64,000 nt of DNA from an uncultured Acidobacteriota bacterium. GTDB lineage: Bacteria > Actinomycetota > Acidimicrobiia > Spongiisociales > ZC4RG35. Location: assembly GCA_963828465.1 (NCBI GenBank), contig CAWHEU010000024.1, forward strand, positions 64,001 to 128,000. The letters run 5' to 3'. Below the pieces are notes generated by a model. That model was not told where the DNA came from. It did no database searches and worked only from the letters and a program-made list of their open reading frames with translations. Shown here piece after piece: positions 1 to 8,991 of the stretch. The position numbers were made by a program, and so were the translations under genes. Within the stretch, counting starts at the first letter, position 1; each line of letters starts with the position of its first letter.

Positions 1-1209
1 GGGCTATCCGTAGGAACATCGACAAAGCTCGAGCCCACGATTTCGAAGGTCGTCCAGGTGACGGCACCCGATTCGCATTGCCCGACCACATGGTGTTCAC
101 CTATCTCGTAAATAGCCGGAACTCGTGCATGAACGACTACCTGGCCACTGGCGTCGGCCTGATGCCAGCCGAGGTTGAGGGGGCCGGGGAACATGCGCAA
201 ATAGACGAACTCGTTGGGGGCGCATCCGGACAGCGTGATTGTCACCAACTGCCCCGGCAAAGGTGTCTGGCCCCCCTTAGCGGTGACCGTCCCCCCAGGA
301 TCCTCGTCACCCGGGCTGAGATCCTCGGGAGGGATTACAGGTGGTGGGGATGTGGGTGGAGGCGGCGGTGGTTGGGTTGTTGTTGTCGTTGCTGGTGGTT
401 CCGGCGGCGGCGTCTGGCTCCAGTGGGCGGCATAACTTGCGGTACCGAGGCCTTCGAACGTGTTGGCCCCGAAGTTGAAGCTCTCCAGGAGCACCTGTGT
501 GATTTCTGTCGCGTCCCCTGCGGATACTTCTTCGACCTCTACACCATTGATGAAGTACCTATATACGTGTGCAGGCTGACTTGTGTCGAGTTCGATCCTG
601 AACGTCACCCACTCGCCGTAATTGAAGTCGACGCCGGGCAGGTTCACCAAGGTTACTGGGGCCTCTGAATCCCAGATGCGAAAGCCCTCGAAGGGTTCCG
701 AGCCCGGGCCCCATCCAGTTCCCGGCGCACCGGTCAACGGAGGCCTGACGTTCGAGAACTCGATGATCCCGTAAGCCGGTTCGAGGCCGGCCGCAACAGT
801 CACCGGGTCGAACACCCAGACACCGGCCCGTATTGCGTTGCCTTGCCAAGCGGGATCGAGGTAGAGGTCGACCTGGACGGCATCTCCGAATGACTCGGCC
901 TTCTGGACGCCCTCCGTCCTATAGAACGCCGACACAGGGCTCGGATTGGCGCTGTCGATGCCGAGCCGGGCCACGTCGTTCCGGCCGAAAGCAGTGACAG
1001 ACGTAAAACCGCCTGTGGGGAAGGTGCGGTCCTGCCGCCCAAGTTGCCACTTCGCCCGGCGTGAATGGGCCCAGCAGGTCGTCCTCTACTTGGGCCGACA
1101 GACCGACCGAGAGGGTTGCAATCGCAAGGGCGGACACCCCCACAGCCACGGCGCGCCACAGGTTTCGTGTGCGCTCTTTCGGCTCCTCTGTCACCGTTGA
1201 AGACCTCAT
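1..1209 (-). CDS. Secreted SLH-like surface protein; frameshifted near 1032 and running off the left edge
   Basis: ATG at 1209 with a GAGGTGA RBS and a signal peptide (NLWRAVAVGVSALAIATLSVGLSAQ). After ...EVATWAA the sensible reading continues in another frame (DRTFPTGGFTSVTAFGRNDVARLGID...), open to position 1 through a Pro/Thr linker and ending SSFVDVPTDSP, like the start of an SLH repeat. Translated by hand. Confidence 0.7.
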
Positions 1210-1242
1210 AGCGTCACCTCGTTAGGGGGTAGGGACCGAATA

Positions 1243-1272
1243 AACCTAAGCACTAGTTCCTTCGACCGTCAA
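1243..1272 (-). promoter_or_regulatory. Putative sigmaA-type promoter for the 1209 gene
   Basis: Minus strand reads TTGACG-N18-TAGGTT upstream of the RBS. Confidence 0.45.
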
Positions 1273-1576
1273 CAAAAAATCCGTCGGGCGGTAGACCAAT
1301 CGAGTCCTCGTGTGCGTTGTTGTGACATGAGCGAGGAACCGTGGCATGAAGCCAAGGAATGATGAGGAATGATCGAACCAGCGTCGAAAGGGCCGACATC
1401 GGACATCGAGCCTTTTCGTCAGGGACTTCGATCAGTTCCTGACGATCACACCACTTACGCCTGCGGGGTACGAAGCCGTGCCGCTGATCACATTCGCCTC
1501 GTGGCCTGGCTCTTACCCGCCTTTCCGAGTGGGCCCACCCAGCGGCTATCACTGGTCCAAGCACCTACCTAGACCC

Positions 1577-3295
1577 TCATTTGATGCTTCCTGTCAGGTC
1601 CATTCCGTAACCGCGCCACTGTGACCATGCCAGCCATCGGTCTGCCCATGAGAACCCGACGACGTTTTCGTAGTCGTTGTTATGGAAGGTGATGTCTCGG
1701 GCGGTGAACACCGACTTGTCACCTACGTCTTGGGCCGCGCCTGTCCTTCCCGATCTGACCACTGTGTTGTCGTGAACGGAGACGTTCCTCAGGAGGTAGG
1801 GCCCGAGGGCCCCGGACCCTCGGTTCTGTTGGATCAGGGTGATCCCGTTGTAGTTGCCCTCGAGGATGTTGCCGTAGATGTCCACGCCCTGGCTACCCGC
1901 CACCATGATCCCGCCCTCCCAAAGCCAACCTCGAGTGCGGAACCCGTTGCCCCGAACCTGGTTGTTGCGGATCGTCGCCGAGTATGAGATTTCATGGAAG
2001 ATGCCCGCTCCCGAATTGCCCTCGACGATGTTGTTCTCATAGAGGGTGTTGACGTTGTCGGTGTCGGTCCACAGACCCGGGCCGTTGTTGTCATGTACGA
2101 AGTTGTCACGGACGACGAGGTTCTCCGTCGCGCCGAACTTGGACCCACCGGCTTCGTAGTACTCGTCGGCTCCGGTGGTGTTGTTCCTGTAGATCTCGTT
2201 TCCTTCGACCAGCGCCCCCGAATTCCGCACCCAAGAGATCTTGATGCCGATGACACCGTTGTCGTGGATCCTGTTGTTACGGGCGATCGACCCGTCGGAT
2301 AGGGTCAATCCGGCATAGCTGTTGTGGTGCAGGTCACAGTTCTCGATTGTCCAGCCGAAACCCGCCGCCGCCCCCTCGTAGGTTCGTGCCGTGATCGGTG
2401 CGTACTGATCGTCAGGGCTGTAATTCCGGATCTCCAAACCTCTGACGGTCACGTTGTTGGCGCGATTAGGTTGCACCGCCCAATCGGTGACGTTTCTACC
2501 GTCCATGACCGCTCCCGGCTGACCGACCAGCACGTCGCCATGTTTCAGGTTCGCGGTTTGTCCGTAGTGCACCCCTGACTCCACGACAAAGATCGTCCCG
2601 GCAGGTTCAGCCGCAATGATCGGGTTCCAGCTGACACCGATGGGAAGCAATGTTCCGGCTGGCGGAGGCGGGTTGATCGGGGTCAGGCCCAGGGCTCGCA
2701 TCAGGAAGGCCGCCATCTGACCACGGGTCACGTTGTCCTCGGGGCAGAAGCGGTCGTTGACCGGTGGATTGCAACCCTGCGTGATCTCTGCGGTGCCGAG
2801 CCGGTCGATCGCCGGCTCGAAGATCGAGTTGTCGTCGTCGACGTAGAGGCTACCCCCGCCGTCGTCAGTAAGTCCGAGGGCGCGGACCAGGAATCCGGCC
2901 ATTTGGGCGCGGGTCACGAAATCATCGCCGCAGTACCGATCGTTGGCCGGTGGGTTGCAGCCCTGGGTGACCAACGCGGTCTTGAGACGGTCGGCGGCGT
3001 CCTCGTAAACCGCCCCGTTGTCGTCGACGAACAGGTCACCTCCACCGTTATTGACATAGTCAAAGGCTCGGACCAAGAAGATCGCCATCTGACCTCTGGT
3101 AACCAGGTCGTCTGGGCAGTAGCGAGTGTTCGCGGGTGGGTTACAGCCGAGGGTGATCCCCTCGGCGGCGATGGCCTCGATAGCGCCCTCAAAGATGCTG
3201 TCGTTGTCGTCGATGAAGGTGCCGCCCGGTGGCAACGCGGCCCAAGCCATCGTGGCGGTGAGCAGAACGCACCCGACGGTTGCTGCGCCGATCAC
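1577..3295 (-). CDS. Secreted protein with three SLH repeats and a right-handed beta-helix (pectate-lyase-like) domain
   Basis: Signal peptide; three repeats of F.DD...FE..I..L...GIT.GCNPP.N.R.CP.D.VTR.QMA.FL.RA; C-terminal Asn-rich PbH1-type repeats (IRNN..HDNG..GI). Confidence 0.85.
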   Translation of the reverse strand: MIGAATVGCVLLTATMAWAALPPGGTFIDDNDSIFEGAIEAIAAEGITLGCNPPANTRYCPDDLVTRGQMAIFLVRAFDYVNNGGGDLFVDDNGAVYEDAADRLKTALVTQGCNPPANDRYCGDDFVTRAQMAGFLVRALGLTDDGGGSLYVDDDNSIFEPAIDRLGTAEITQGCNPPVNDRFCPEDNVTRGQMAAFLMRALGLTPINPPPPAGTLLPIGVSWNPIIAAEPAGTIFVVESGVHYGQTANLKHGDVLVGQPGAVMDGRNVTDWAVQPNRANNVTVRGLEIRNYSPDDQYAPITARTYEGAAAGFGWTIENCDLHHNSYAGLTLSDGSIARNNRIHDNGVIGIKISWVRNSGALVEGNEIYRNNTTGADEYYEAGGSKFGATENLVVRDNFVHDNNGPGLWTDTDNVNTLYENNIVEGNSGAGIFHEISYSATIRNNQVRGNGFRTRGWLWEGGIMVAGSQGVDIYGNILEGNYNGITLIQQNRGSGALGPYLLRNVSVHDNTVVRSGRTGAAQDVGDKSVFTARDITFHNNDYENVVGFSWADRWLAWSQWRGYGMDLTGSIK

Positions 3296-3558
3296 TCTCC
3301 ACTTTCCTATTGGGTCACCCCTTATCAGGTCGAGTGGTGTTAGCGAACCTATTCCATCGACTCTCGCGCGTCACTGCCAGTTGTTCACGATGAGCGTTTA
3401 CCAACTTTTCCGGGAGGGCATGGCGGAGCATGCAGCGGCCACGATAGAACGAGCGTTCGGGCGTAGGTATGCAATCCGCTTGCCAATTGGCCGTTGAGCA
3501 CTCTCGCCGAGTCGGTGGCCGCATCAGAAAACCTAAACGGGGTAAGGCTCTGCGTCGG

Positions 3559-3631
3559 TGGGTCCCGTGGGACTCGAACCCACAACCAACGGGTTAAAAG
3601 CCCGCTGCTCTACCAATTGAGCTAGAGACCC
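3559..3631 (-). tRNA. tRNA-Lys (anticodon UUU)
   Basis: Minus strand GGGTCTCTAGCTCAATTGGTAGAGCAGCGGGC-TTT-TAACCCGTTGGTTGTGGGTTCGAGTCCCACGGGACCCA folds as a cloverleaf with a GTTCGA T-loop. Followed by CCG, so CCA is not fully encoded. Confidence 0.97.
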
Positions 3632-3715
3632 TGGAGGATCAAAGGCTACCGGCCCGATTGGGCCACCAACTGCTGCCAGCTAGGGTGGCGTGCCAGTCGA
3701 GCTACGGTGGTCGAG

Positions 3716-4528
3716 ATGGAATTGATGACGGCGACGGCGCTGGCGATCGCAGTCGTGGCGGCGTTCAGGTCGACATGGTCCCCTTGCGGGGTGTCGATGC
3801 TCTCCTCGATCACTCCTCTCTCCGAGGCCGGTAGGGGTCATCGCTATTGGGCCACCGTGTCGTGGTTCGTGGTGGGGTCGGTGCTCGGTGGGTTGACCCT
3901 CGGCGCCGTAGCGGCTCTCGGCGCCATGGCCGTGGCCGGCCTGGGATTGTCGTCCTCCGGATCGGCCGCTTTCGTTCTCGCCGTCGGGTTGATCACCCTC
4001 GCCTCCGACCTCGGTATCGGTGGCTTCCGACTCCCGGCCAACCCACGTCAGGTGGAGAGGACGTGGCTCGATCGCTATCGCTCCTGGATCTACGGACTTG
4101 GCTTCGGCTGGCAGCTCGGAGTCGGGGTGGCCACCTATGTCATGTCGGCCAGCATCTATCTGATGGTCATCGTCGCCGCGGCGACCGGCGAGCCGTGGCT
4201 GGCGTTGGGAGTCGTCACATTTTTCGGTCTGCTCCGCGGGCTGGCGATCCTTCCCGCTGCCGGCGTGCGCACCCCGACCGACCTCGGGCGGCTCCATCGT
4301 CGCATCGAGCGCCTCCGTCCCACCAGCCGAGTGGTTGCCTTGGCCGGTCAGATCGGCGTTCTGACCGTTGCGGTCACCGTTCTCGCCGGAGTCCCCGTCG
4401 CGCTCGTGGTCGCCGCAGCCCTGTCGGTGGCTGCCTGGGTGTTCCGTGAGGGCCTGAGCGACCCAGCTCCCCGGGTGCGGGTGCCGGACAGCCCGGCCGA
4501 GCTGACCCAACCCGACTACAGCGGGTAG
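3716..4528 (+). CDS. Polytopic membrane protein, CcdA/DsbD-like (MauF-like) with an STWSPCG motif
   Basis: About 7 hydrophobic segments, WSPCGVSMLSSITP and GFGWQLGVGVATY motifs. TACGGT lies 7 nt before ATG 3716. Confidence 0.55.
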   Translation: MELMTATALAIAVVAAFRSTWSPCGVSMLSSITPLSEAGRGHRYWATVSWFVVGSVLGGLTLGAVAALGAMAVAGLGLSSSGSAAFVLAVGLITLASDLGIGGFRLPANPRQVERTWLDRYRSWIYGLGFGWQLGVGVATYVMSASIYLMVIVAAATGEPWLALGVVTFFGLLRGLAILPAAGVRTPTDLGRLHRRIERLRPTSRVVALAGQIGVLTVAVTVLAGVPVALVVAAALSVAAWVFREGLSDPAPRVRVPDSPAELTQPDYSG

Positions 4529-4887
4529 TCCCCGAACCGGCCCCAGGCAACGAAGACAGCCAGGGCGATCAGCACCACGTTGGCGATGATCGGCTGAGGT
4601 TCTTTCCGTCTGGCGTGCACCGCGATCGCACCAACCTGCTCGATGGCCAGGCCGGAGGCGGCGATCGGAACGAGAACAGGAGCGATCCCGGTCACGGCGG
4701 GGAGTATCAGACCTAGTGCCCCGAGGATCTCGACGACGCCGACAAACCTGACGAAACCGGGGGAGTAGTCCTCGGGCCAGCCCATGCTCGCCGTCAGCTT
4801 CTCATGCGGCTGCGTGCTCTTCATGATCCCGGCAGCCCCGAAGGCAAGAGCGAGAAGGATCTGGGCGATCCATAGGGCGGTGTTCAT
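4516..4887 (-). CDS. DoxX family membrane protein
   Basis: MNTALWIAQILLALAF.AAG.MK, GVVEILGALGLILP and HARRKE motifs. Confidence 0.9.
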   Translation of the reverse strand: MNTALWIAQILLALAFGAAGIMKSTQPHEKLTASMGWPEDYSPGFVRFVGVVEILGALGLILPAVTGIAPVLVPIAASGLAIEQVGAIAVHARRKEPQPIIANVVLIALAVFVAWGRFGDYPL

Positions 4888-4898
4888 GGCTGCTTCCT

Positions 4899-5414
4899 TT
4901 ATGCCTCCACGGGCCGGGCCCGGCTGATCCCTATGCCGCCGAGGGTGTCGTCTCCGTATCTCTCGATCTCTTTGGCCAGGTCCAGTCGCTGGGCAGTCAT
5001 CACGACGTCCTCGGTGATCAGGTCGGCGGGAACCAGCCAGGAGACCTCGAACTCGATTCCATCTGGGTCCTTGCCGTAGAGCGCCTTGGTGGTGCCGTGG
5101 TCGGTAGCACCGACCAGGGCACTCCTGGTCGACAACTTGGCGCCTATCTCGGCCAGATCCTGGAGAGTGTCGACCTCCCAGGCGAGGTGATAGAGGCCGA
5201 CCGATTGCCGGCCTGCCGCCGAGTCGGCGGCCCCATCGCCGATGGAGAAGAGGCCGAGGTCGTGATCGTTGTTGGAGCCCTCGGCCTGCATGAACACGGC
5301 GCCGGGAATGGGGAGCGGCAGACGTCGAAAACCCAGCACCTCCTCATAGAAGCGAGCGGAACGCTCGGCGTCCCTGACATACAGGACGGCATGGTTGAGA
5401 CGATGAACGGACAT
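4899..5414 (-). CDS. VOC/glyoxalase family protein
   Basis: LNHAVLYVRD, FYEEVLGF, GLYHLAWEV and DPDGIEFE motifs. Confidence 0.9.
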   Translation of the reverse strand: MSVHRLNHAVLYVRDAERSARFYEEVLGFRRLPLPIPGAVFMQAEGSNNDHDLGLFSIGDGAADSAAGRQSVGLYHLAWEVDTLQDLAEIGAKLSTRSALVGATDHGTTKALYGKDPDGIEFEVSWLVPADLITEDVVMTAQRLDLAKEIERYGDDTLGGIGISRARPVEA

Positions 5415-5452
5415 TTTGCGTGCTCCTGATCTGGCTCTGAGCTTAGGTCAAG

Positions 5453-5472
5453 ATAATTGAAGTCTCAAATAT
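5453..5472. promoter_or_regulatory. Probable MarR operator palindrome between the divergent VOC and MarR genes
   Basis: ATAATTGA-AGTC-TCAAATAT imperfect inverted repeat in an AT-rich patch. Confidence 0.6.
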
Positions 5473-5492
5473 TCCCGGGTATGCTCCAGCTG

Positions 5493-5945
5493 ATGCCGAG
5501 CCCATTGACCAGGACCGAATTGAGGGCCTGGTCACGGTGGGCAGGTGGCTCGAGATCGCTGTTCAACGCCCTCGATCGCCAACTCCGCGACGAGTCGGGG
5601 ATGAGCCACGACGACTATCAGATACTGAGCCGGCTTCATCGCGCACCGGCGCGGGCCCTCCGGATGAGTGAGCTCGCCGCCGAAGTGGGCTTCTCGCCGA
5701 GCCGGCTCTCTCATGCCGTGAGACGGATGGAGGAAGAGGGGTGGGTCCAGCGCACCCCGAGCGAGATCGATCGTCGGGGCACGGAGTCCAGGCTGACCGA
5801 TCTCGGGGTGAAGGTGGTCGAGGATGCATCGCCCGCCCATCTCGCCCTGGTCAGGCGGCTCACCTTCGACGTCATCGGTTCGGAGAGGATGACGGCATTG
5901 GCGGAAGCGATGGACGAGATCGGGCGCAATGCCCGTGGTCGCTAG
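5493..5945 (+). CDS. MarR family transcriptional regulator
   Basis: LRMSELA...SPSRLSHAV.RME..GWV.R...DRRG winged helix. TATGCT lies 7 nt before ATG 5493. Confidence 0.9.
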   Translation: MPSPLTRTELRAWSRWAGGSRSLFNALDRQLRDESGMSHDDYQILSRLHRAPARALRMSELAAEVGFSPSRLSHAVRRMEEEGWVQRTPSEIDRRGTESRLTDLGVKVVEDASPAHLALVRRLTFDVIGSERMTALAEAMDEIGRNARGR

Positions 5946-7060
5946 CCGGCCTTGGTGAAGACGTGCACCCCATCCTCCCAGACCACCATGATCCAGGGCG
6001 TCGACGTGCCCGGGGTCACCCCCAGATGTGATGGGCTGCCGGAGTCCGACGGGCTGAACGGGTCGACTATCGGTTCCATCTGACCGACCTGCCCGTCTGG
6101 GCTCACCGACACGAACCCTCCAATGCCAAGCGTCTCGTCCGATTCTGGTATCCCGTAGGCCACCAGGAAGATCGTCCCATCGACCCCGGTCTCCACCTCG
6201 ATCGCGCCGTGGGCGACGACCTCAGGGTCCTCCGAGTACCGCATCTGCAGTGTCCTGGTCAGCCCGGCGTCGGGTAGCTCGAGCACGATCTCGTCCCCGT
6301 TCACGCTCACCATGAAGGGCGTGCCGTCTCGGGCCAGTAGCCAGTCGACCGGATCCAGGGCTGGCTGTGCGGGGTCGAGGGCGTGAGGCGCCCCATCGTT
6401 GCCGAGCCCGTAGAGGAGCGCACCGTCGGTCGTCACCAGTGGCACGGCGCCCTCGAACGTGGCTCCCGTGGCCTGGCCGTCGGCGATCCGCAGCAGCGAC
6501 ATCGTGTCCTCCGAGGGAAATCCACCCGCGGTGATGGATCCGTCGTCGAGGCCCTGTGGCATTTGGTACTGGAAGTAGAGACCGTCGACCAGCAGGTTCT
6601 CGGGCATGACGACCTGGTCGAGATACGAGCCGTCGGCGGCGAAATGGGCGATGCGGAGACTGGCGGCGTCGAGGAACCACCATGAGCCGTCCGGTGTCTG
6701 GGTCCCGTAGTCCGGCCCGAGCATCAGGCCGTCGCCGCCCGGCGAGGTGCCGAGGAACTCCTCACCTTCGCCGTAAGGGAAGATCTGCTCGGTCCACCCG
6801 GGCCCCATTTCCGAGAACGGGGAGAGGAGGATGGGCACCGTCTGATCGGCGGCGGGGACACTCGTACTGGATGCGACCGTCGTCGTGGATCCGGGGGCGG
6901 TCGTCGTCGTATCAGCCGAAGTGGATGAGACCCCGGCGGTGGTGGTGGAGGTCGGTAGCTCGGTCGTGGTTGGTGGATCCGAGTCTCGATTGCAGACGGC
7001 GACCACGACAACGATGGCGACGACCAGGACGATCAAAGTGATGAGCCGGCCGCGAGACAT
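5942..7060 (-). CDS. Membrane-anchored or lipoprotein-like hypothetical protein with a Thr/Ser stalk
   Basis: N-terminal hydrophobic segment ending VAVC, a Thr-rich linker and an acidic beta-rich domain. Confidence 0.7.
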   Translation of the reverse strand: MSRGRLITLIVLVVAIVVVVAVCNRDSDPPTTTELPTSTTTAGVSSTSADTTTTAPGSTTTVASSTSVPAADQTVPILLSPFSEMGPGWTEQIFPYGEGEEFLGTSPGGDGLMLGPDYGTQTPDGSWWFLDAASLRIAHFAADGSYLDQVVMPENLLVDGLYFQYQMPQGLDDGSITAGGFPSEDTMSLLRIADGQATGATFEGAVPLVTTDGALLYGLGNDGAPHALDPAQPALDPVDWLLARDGTPFMVSVNGDEIVLELPDAGLTRTLQMRYSEDPEVVAHGAIEVETGVDGTIFLVAYGIPESDETLGIGGFVSVSPDGQVGQMEPIVDPFSPSDSGSPSHLGVTPGTSTPWIMVVWEDGVHVFTKAG

Positions 7061-7146
7061 GGCGTCAGGTTATGACGGGGGTGCTCTGCTGGAGAGGACC
7101 GCTGTGGTGAGCAGCCCGATGCGATCGGCCCGATAGCCTCGCGTTG

Positions 7147-8967
7147 GTGAGCAGCATCCGTTTCGGGATCTCCCGCCTGCCCCCTGAGGATGTCCCCGAT
7201 GAGCAGTTCCTCGATGACCTGGTGGCCAAGGGTCATCGGGCTCTCGAGCTGCCGTTCGTCGATGGTTTCCCCTGGAAGGAGAAGAGGTGCCAGGCATTCG
7301 GCGAGCTGGCCGCCGAACGTGACATCAGACTCTCGGTTCATGCGCCCTATTTCGCCGGACTGACCTTGCCCGACGAGGACCGTGGGCGTCAGTCGCTGGC
7401 CGCCCTGGAGCACACGATGAAGCTGGGCAAGGCTTTGACGGCGCCGGTGATCGTCGCCCATTTCGGGTCCAACTACTCAGAGGAGCCGGATGTCCTGATG
7501 GATCGAATCCGGTCCCGACTCGATTCGGTGGTCTCCAAGGTCGAATCGCTCGGAGTAGGGATGGGCTTGGAGACGGCTGGCAACAATCGGTCATTCGGGA
7601 GCCTGGGCGACATCGCCATGCTCGCTTCCGAGTACTCCTTCGTTCGCCCCGTTGTCGACTGGGCCCATGTCCATGCGATGACCGGGGGTGGCCTCACCTC
7701 CAAGGACGCCTTCGTCTCGGTGTTCTCCTTCATTCAGAGTCAGTTTCCCGGCTGGATGATCGCCCCGCTTCAGACTCAGTTCTCGGACAACGAGTTCGGC
7801 GCCGGGGGCGAGATCCGACACATCGCCTACGGGGAGGGGACCCTTCGAGTCGGGCCACTGGTCGAGGCGGCCCAGGAAGCGGGGGTCGGCATGGTGCTGA
7901 TCTCGGAGGCGAGGGACCTGGCCAGTCACGACCGGATCTGGGAGGAGACGAGACTGCAGATGGAGGCCAGGCCCTCCACAGACTCGGGCCGGCTCGTCTT
8001 CACCGCGGAAGCCCCTTTTCCCTCACCTATCAGCGCGATCAAGGAAGGCGATGGGTTCAAACCGGTGGGGCTCGATCGGCCGCTTCGGTTGACGAATCTG
8101 GACAAGGTCTATTTTCCCGACGAGGGCGTAACCAAGGGCGACCTGATCCAGTACTACGCCTCGGTGGCGCCGGTTCTGCTGCCCCATCTGGCAGGGCGGC
8201 CGATCTCGATGAGTCGCTACCCGGAGGGGATCAAAGGCCCTTCGTTCTACGAGAAGCGCGCTCCGGGCCACCAACCGGAGTGGATGAGGACGACACCTGT
8301 GGTGTCCGACTCCCAAGGCGGGGTCATCGACTTCCTCGTCGCTGACAGCGTCGAGGCGTTGATGTGGTTCGCCAACATGGGATGCATCGAGACCCATCCG
8401 TTCCACTCCCGTGAAGGTCGACTCGATCACCCCGACTACGCCATCTTCGACTTTGATCCGGCGGAAGGCTCTACGTGGGACCAGGTGGTGGAAGGTGGCC
8501 GGCTCCTCCAAGTAGCTCTCACGCAGCTCGGTCTGGCCGGTTATCCCAAGCTCTCCGGTGCGAGGGGGCTCCATGTCTATGTTCCGCTCGAGCCGGTACA
8601 TGAATTCTCGAGGGTGCGGCGCTTCGTCGGTGAGGTGGGCAATTACCTGGCGGCGGCCAAACCAGACGCCATCACCATGGAATGGGACAAGCCGAAACGG
8701 AAGGGCAAGGTGTTCGTCGATCACAACCGGAACGCCTCCGGCCAGACCGTCGCCTCGGTCTATTCGGTCCGGCCCCGTCCTGGTGCATCGGTTTCGGCGC
8801 CGCTGACCTGGGAGGAGCTCGGCGAGATAGCCAACGGCGATATCACCATCATCAACCTCTGGGACCGTCTCCAGCGGTATGGCGACCTGTTTGCCCCGGT
8901 CGTTGCCGGGGGTCAAACCCTCGACGCCGCCGAGGAGGCCCTGGGGATCGCCTCAGGTTCGAAGTAA
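7147..8967 (+). CDS. Fusion of an endonuclease IV-like TIM barrel (archaeal type) and a LigD/Prim-Pol (AEP) polymerase domain
   Basis: N-half: LSVHAPY, VAHFG, LETAG, DWAHVHA, GEIRH, ISE. C-half: LTNLDKVYFP, TKGDLIQYY, RYPEG, FYEK, FDFDP, SGARGLH, VFVDHNRN, SAPLTWEEL. Confidence 0.88.
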   Translation: MSSIRFGISRLPPEDVPDEQFLDDLVAKGHRALELPFVDGFPWKEKRCQAFGELAAERDIRLSVHAPYFAGLTLPDEDRGRQSLAALEHTMKLGKALTAPVIVAHFGSNYSEEPDVLMDRIRSRLDSVVSKVESLGVGMGLETAGNNRSFGSLGDIAMLASEYSFVRPVVDWAHVHAMTGGGLTSKDAFVSVFSFIQSQFPGWMIAPLQTQFSDNEFGAGGEIRHIAYGEGTLRVGPLVEAAQEAGVGMVLISEARDLASHDRIWEETRLQMEARPSTDSGRLVFTAEAPFPSPISAIKEGDGFKPVGLDRPLRLTNLDKVYFPDEGVTKGDLIQYYASVAPVLLPHLAGRPISMSRYPEGIKGPSFYEKRAPGHQPEWMRTTPVVSDSQGGVIDFLVADSVEALMWFANMGCIETHPFHSREGRLDHPDYAIFDFDPAEGSTWDQVVEGGRLLQVALTQLGLAGYPKLSGARGLHVYVPLEPVHEFSRVRRFVGEVGNYLAAAKPDAITMEWDKPKRKGKVFVDHNRNASGQTVASVYSVRPRPGASVSAPLTWEELGEIANGDITIINLWDRLQRYGDLFAPVVAGGQTLDAAEEALGIASGSK

Positions 8968-8991
8968 CCGCCGTCTTGCTAGCGTCCTGTG

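Noticed and set aside
1253-1572. Short ORFs or a riboswitch between the SLH genes
   Set aside because: The ORFs lack RBS and motifs, and I recognised no c-di-GMP, c-di-AMP or other aptamer consensus.
8083-8967. Calling this gene ligD or a complete NHEJ system
   Set aside because: There is no ligase or phosphoesterase domain and no ku in the window; only the polymerase domain is present.
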